Shown: one piece after another, positions 60,617 to 64,000 of the stretch
How the letters are laid out: each line of letters starts with the position of its first letter
Numbering within the stretch: position 1 is the stretch's first letter
Assembly (NCBI GenBank): GCA_963741955.1
Contig: CAVUKB010000007.1
Location: 672,001-736,000, forward strand
DNA length: 64,000 nt
Reading direction: 5' to 3'
Source of the DNA: an uncultured Acidobacteriota bacterium
GTDB taxonomy: Bacteria > Acidobacteriota > Thermoanaerobaculia > Gp7-AA8
Translations under genes and position numbers: made by a program
The notes under the pieces: model-generated
Told to the model about the DNA's origin: nothing
Databases searched by the model: none
The model's input: only the letters and a program-made list of their open reading frames with translations

Positions 60617-61663
60617 TCAGATCGGCTCGCTTCCGATGGCGACCCGCACGTCGTCGGGTTGCACGGTGATGCGCTCGCCGGCGCGCTCGGGTCCCTGGAA
60701 GAGGATCGGATGAAGGACCCGTTCGATGATCGCGCGGAGTCCGCGGGCGCCGAGCTTCTGTCGCAGCGCCATCCGGGCGATCTCGTAAAGAGCTTCCGGT
60801 GAGAACTCGAGCTGGATCTGATCGAGGGCGCAGAGCCGCTGGTACTCGGGGATCAGCGCCTCCCGCGGCTCGGTGAGAATGGTCACCAGGTCGTCCGCGG
60901 TGAGGGCATCCAGCTCGACCCGGACAGGGATCCGGCCGAGGAGCTCGGGGAGGAAGCCGTATCGGATGAGCTGCTCGGTGGTGAGCGCCTGACGTTTCCG
61001 CTCTTCTTCGCTGAAGAAGCCGACCGAGTGTCCTTCGTCCGACTCGTCGAAATCGGAGAACGCGCCGGCACAGACGAAGAGGACGTTCGAGATGTCGATC
61101 TCGACGTAGTCGTATTTGTTCCAGTGCGCGGTGACGTTGAGTGGAACGAAGAGCTTGTCTCCTTCCAGAATCTTCAGGAGCGCCTGCTGGACCCCTTCGC
61201 CTCCGATGTCGCGCGTTCCCGCGCCGGTGCGTGCGCCTCCCGAGCGGCGGGCGATCTTGTCGATCTCGTCGATGAAGACGATGCCGTTCTCCGCGGCATC
61301 GACGTTCTGGTTGGTGGAGTAGAGAAGGCGGCCGATCGCCACTTCGACGTCCTCGCCGTAGTAGCCCGCTTCGGTGAATGCGGTCGCGTCGTTGTAGGCG
61401 AAGGGGACATCGAGCACTCTGGCCAGGGTCCGGGCGAGGTAGCTCTTCCCGGAGCCGGTCGGGCCGATCAGGAGGACGTTCGACTTCCGGATGGAGGGAT
61501 CGTTCCCGAACTTGAGGTACTCGATGCGTTTGAGGTGATTGTACGCGGCGATGGCCAGGACTTCCTTGGCCCGCCGCTGCCCGACCACGAACTGGTCGAG
61601 CTGCTCGAAGATCCGCCGCGGCGTGATGTGAAGAAAGCGATAGATATCGCGTTTTTCCTTCAT
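60617..61663 (-). CDS. clpX: ClpX-like AAA+ ATPase lacking the N-terminal zinc-binding domain
   Basis: VVGQ..AK, YNH.KR, GPTGSGKS, TEAGYYGEDVE, FIDEIDK, GEGVQQALLK, LGARGLR. Confidence 0.82.
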   Translation of the reverse strand: MKEKRDIYRFLHITPRRIFEQLDQFVVGQRRAKEVLAIAAYNHLKRIEYLKFGNDPSIRKSNVLLIGPTGSGKSYLARTLARVLDVPFAYNDATAFTEAGYYGEDVEVAIGRLLYSTNQNVDAAENGIVFIDEIDKIARRSGGARTGAGTRDIGGEGVQQALLKILEGDKLFVPLNVTAHWNKYDYVEIDISNVLFVCAGAFSDFDESDEGHSVGFFSEEERKRQALTTEQLIRYGFLPELLGRIPVRVELDALTADDLVTILTEPREALIPEYQRLCALDQIQLEFSPEALYEIARMALRQKLGARGLRAIIERVLHPILFQGPERAGERITVQPDDVRVAIGSEPI

Positions 61664-61888
61664 TCAGCGGCTCTCCGTCGAGTATAGCACGCGCCGCGCA
61701 GCGACCCCGGTGGACGCCCGATCCGCGAGCGCGACGTCACCCGCGGGTCGGCTGAATGCCGCCCCGGCGCAAGTTTTCTTTCACCTTCCCCCTCCCCGCA
61801 ACGTTTCTTGACGCTCGCCATCCGTCGCCCTCGAGGCCGAACTCCAGTCCGTGGAGAGAGTTGCGTCCTCGCCGCCAGGTCGGCCGCT

Positions 61889-61968
61889 CGCTTGAAGTCT
61901 GCTGTCTGCCGAAAGGAGGTGATGCAGGGGGAAAGCCAAAAGGAAAACGAAGACCAGACAGTCAAGCG
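61889..61968 (+). promoter_or_regulatory. Candidate structured leader RNA upstream of comEA
   Basis: CGCTTGA and CTGTCTG pair with contiguous CAGACAG-TCAAGCG; loop holds CC-GAAA-GG and AAAGGAGGTGAT. Confidence 0.5.
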
Positions 61969-62041
61969 GGAAATATCAGCCAATTGGAAACGAACAAGAC
62001 AACAACCAGAAACTCAACGATGTGAAAGAAAGATAGGAGGA

Positions 62042-62419
62042 ATGGCTTTGCGTAAGTCCCACAGTTTCATTGCACTGATCTCCATGCTCCTGATGCTCGG
62101 CGTGAGCACCGCCTTCGCGGCGGATCAGGCACCAGCGCCAGCCAAGGCAGGTGTGGTCAACATCAACACGGCCGATGCCGGCCAGCTCTCTCTTCTTCCG
62201 CGTATCGGGCCGAAGGCCGCACAGCGGATCGTCGACTACCGGAAGGCCAACGGTCCTTTCAAGACGACGACGGACCTGATGCAGGTCAAAGGGATCGGGG
62301 ACAAGACGTTCCAGCTCCTGAGTCCCTACCTCACCACCGATGGCGACACCACGCTGACCGCCAAACAGCACGGGCCGCGGAAGGCGAAATCCTCACCCTC
62401 CACCAAGGCGCAGCAGTAA
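62042..62419 (+). CDS. comEA: ComEA-family helix-hairpin-helix DNA-binding protein
   Basis: Signal peptide, VNINTA, LPRIGP.AA.RIV.YR..NGPF, VKGIG; GGAGG RBS. Confidence 0.9.
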   Translation: MALRKSHSFIALISMLLMLGVSTAFAADQAPAPAKAGVVNINTADAGQLSLLPRIGPKAAQRIVDYRKANGPFKTTTDLMQVKGIGDKTFQLLSPYLTTDGDTTLTAKQHGPRKAKSSPSTKAQQ

Positions 62420-62435
62420 CGCGCTCCCTTCCCCC

Positions 62436-62470
62436 GGGGCCGTCCACGGACGGCCCCCCTCCACCTCTTT
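62436..62470 (+). terminator. Hairpin after comEA
   Basis: GGGGCCGTCC-AC-GGACGGCCCC with a pyrimidine-rich tail. Confidence 0.45.
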
Positions 62471-62536
62471 CCGCAGTCCGGATCGCAGCAGCATCGAAGC
62501 GCCGCCGTCCGGAGTGTCGAACGAGGAGGAAAACAG

Positions 62537-63124
62537 ATGCGAAAACCGAGGGGATTCACGCTGATGGAGCTTCTCACCGTGGTGGCGATCATCGGAATCA
62601 TCGTCGCGGTCGCGGTGCCGGCTTTCGACTCGATGAGGCGGCGGAGCGGCGCCCGTGCCGCGGCCGCGGACATCCGCGCGGTGATTCGCAACGCGCGGAG
62701 CCACGCCATCGCCACCGGAAGGAACACGGCGATCCGGTTCATCGACGCAGGGCCGACCTGGTACTACGCGATCTTCGAAGACTGCAATGGCAACGGAGTC
62801 CGGAACAAAGAGATCGATCGAGGGATCGACCGGTTGATCGCTCCTCCCACGCGGCTGCTTCAGACCACGGATCTGGTGAGAGTCGCGTTTCCCGACTGGC
62901 CCATCCGCGATCCGGACACCCACCGGCTCATTTCGAAGGAGAGCTCTCCGGTCCGGTTCAATCGCTCGCACCTCTGCTCGTTCTCTCTGAACGGCGGCGG
63001 GACGGCAGGGTCGCTCTTCCTGACCGACGGACGCGAAGCCGCTTGGATCGTGCGGGTTTACGGCGCCACCGGAAAAGTCCGTCTGCTTCGATATGACCGG
63101 GCTTCAGGGAGGTGGGTGGAATGA
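62537..63124 (+). CDS. FimT/GspH-type prepilin
   Basis: RGFTLMELL cleavage/methylation motif, ARSHAI, C-terminal TGKVR. Confidence 0.88.
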   Translation: MRKPRGFTLMELLTVVAIIGIIVAVAVPAFDSMRRRSGARAAAADIRAVIRNARSHAIATGRNTAIRFIDAGPTWYYAIFEDCNGNGVRNKEIDRGIDRLIAPPTRLLQTTDLVRVAFPDWPIRDPDTHRLISKESSPVRFNRSHLCSFSLNGGGTAGSLFLTDGREAAWIVRVYGATGKVRLLRYDRASGRWVE

Positions 63125-63126
63125 GA

Positions 63127-64000
63127 TCAGCGGAGCTCGGGAGCCGGTCTGCGGATCACCAGCTGCTTTGCCTCGTACGTCTGGATCAGCGACAGGCTCC
63201 TCCGGAGGAACGCGTCGTCGAACGCCGCAGTGGCGACGATCCCGTCCATGTCGCGGCCGATCGGAAGGCCCGCTGCGAAAAGGGTGGTCGGAACGACGTC
63301 GACCACCTGGGACGACGGCGGATTCTCCTCGCTTCGGATTCCCGCACCCTCCAGTCTGATGAATCCATCGAAGCTTCCGGGATCCTCGGTGACCAGCAAA
63401 GCCCGGACGAACGAGATCGGGTCCGCCGGAAAGGGAGGAGGATTGAATGCGGAGGGAGAGACGACCACGAAGAGTGCGTCGGGATTCTCTTCGCGGATCT
63501 TTGCGAGCTCGCCGTCGATCAGGTTGACGTAGGCACGCATCGCCCGCCCCGCTGCGGACGAACTGGCCGGGAGAGCGTTGTGGGCGATTCCGATCGTCTG
63601 CGCTGCTTCGGTCAATCCCTCGAGTGCGAGGATGGTGACCGGATCGCGCCGCTGCTCGAGAAGCTTCCTCGTGATGCGCGCGGCAGTCAGATCCTGAGCG
63701 ACCAGGGAAAGGACCTTCTCCTTCCGGACGTGGCCCACTCCATCGAAGCGGGAGGAGGTCGCGGCATCGAGCGACTGCGGCGTCACCCGAAGAGAGCGGG
63801 CTTCTGCCGTCACCGCCGGCGGGCTCCCCTCGTTCGGATCCTGACCATCGATCAGGCGGGTCCCGACTGCTCTGGAGGCACGGATGGGAAGGCTCGCCGC
63901 GGTCGAGGGCCAGTTCACCACAGTCGAGGGAAGTCTCAGGCGCTCGTACATCTGCCAGAGGGGAAGCGAGTCTCCGGAGGGGAGAGAAGCCGAGATCCTC
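63127..64000 (-). CDS. Alkaline phosphatase / phosphodiesterase-superfamily protein, 5'-truncated by window edge
   Basis: VVNWP, FVVVS, DGFI..G.GI, VDVVPT.L..GLP...MDG. Confidence 0.65.
   Translation of the reverse strand, partial: RISASLPSGDSLPLWQMYERLRLPSTVVNWPSTAASLPIRASRAVGTRLIDGQDPNEGSPPAVTAEARSLRVTPQSLDAATSSRFDGVGHVRKEKVLSLVAQDLTAARITRKLLEQRRDPVTILALEGLTEAAQTIGIAHNALPASSSAAGRAMRAYVNLIDGELAKIREENPDALFVVVSPSAFNPPPFPADPISFVRALLVTEDPGSFDGFIRLEGAGIRSEENPPSSQVVDVVPTTLFAAGLPIGRDMDGIVATAAFDDAFLRRSLSLIQTYEAKQLVIRRPAPELR

Noticed and set aside
61912-61923. 16S rRNA fragment
   Set aside because: The match is limited to 12 nt and the flanks do not resemble rRNA.

Overview
High-GC chromosomal window. 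The gene set suggests Acidobacteriota, possibly Thermoanaerobaculia; this is inferred from gene context, not from a search. Core genes include pgk, lhr-nei, bfd-bfr, modBC, nfeD-SPFH, dnaB, lolD-clpC-bamA-skp-lpxD-fabZ-lpxA-oxidoreductase-mtnP-pfkB, pfkA, clpX-like/ubiX/nadK, comEA-fimT and tRNA-Gln(CTG). Several secreted proteases and beta-rich proteins are also present. No CRISPR array, integrase or transposase is visible. Most unusual signals: (1) a promoter-driven locus at 21.9-22.8 kb with two overlapping open frames encoding a histone-H1-like basic region, a Phd-antitoxin-like C-terminal helix and a Doc/Fic domain that has lost its catalytic His; (2) a structured leader upstream of comEA that encloses a perfect extended Shine-Dalgarno sequence; (3) two arrays of a REP/BIME-like hairpin family; (4) a four-copy MITE-like element with compensatory stem changes; (5) a shared Pro/Arg C-terminal tail on two adjacent secreted enzymes; (6) an MNT-HEPN toxin-antitoxin pair frameshifted in both genes. 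Start codons were chosen by eye and are approximate.
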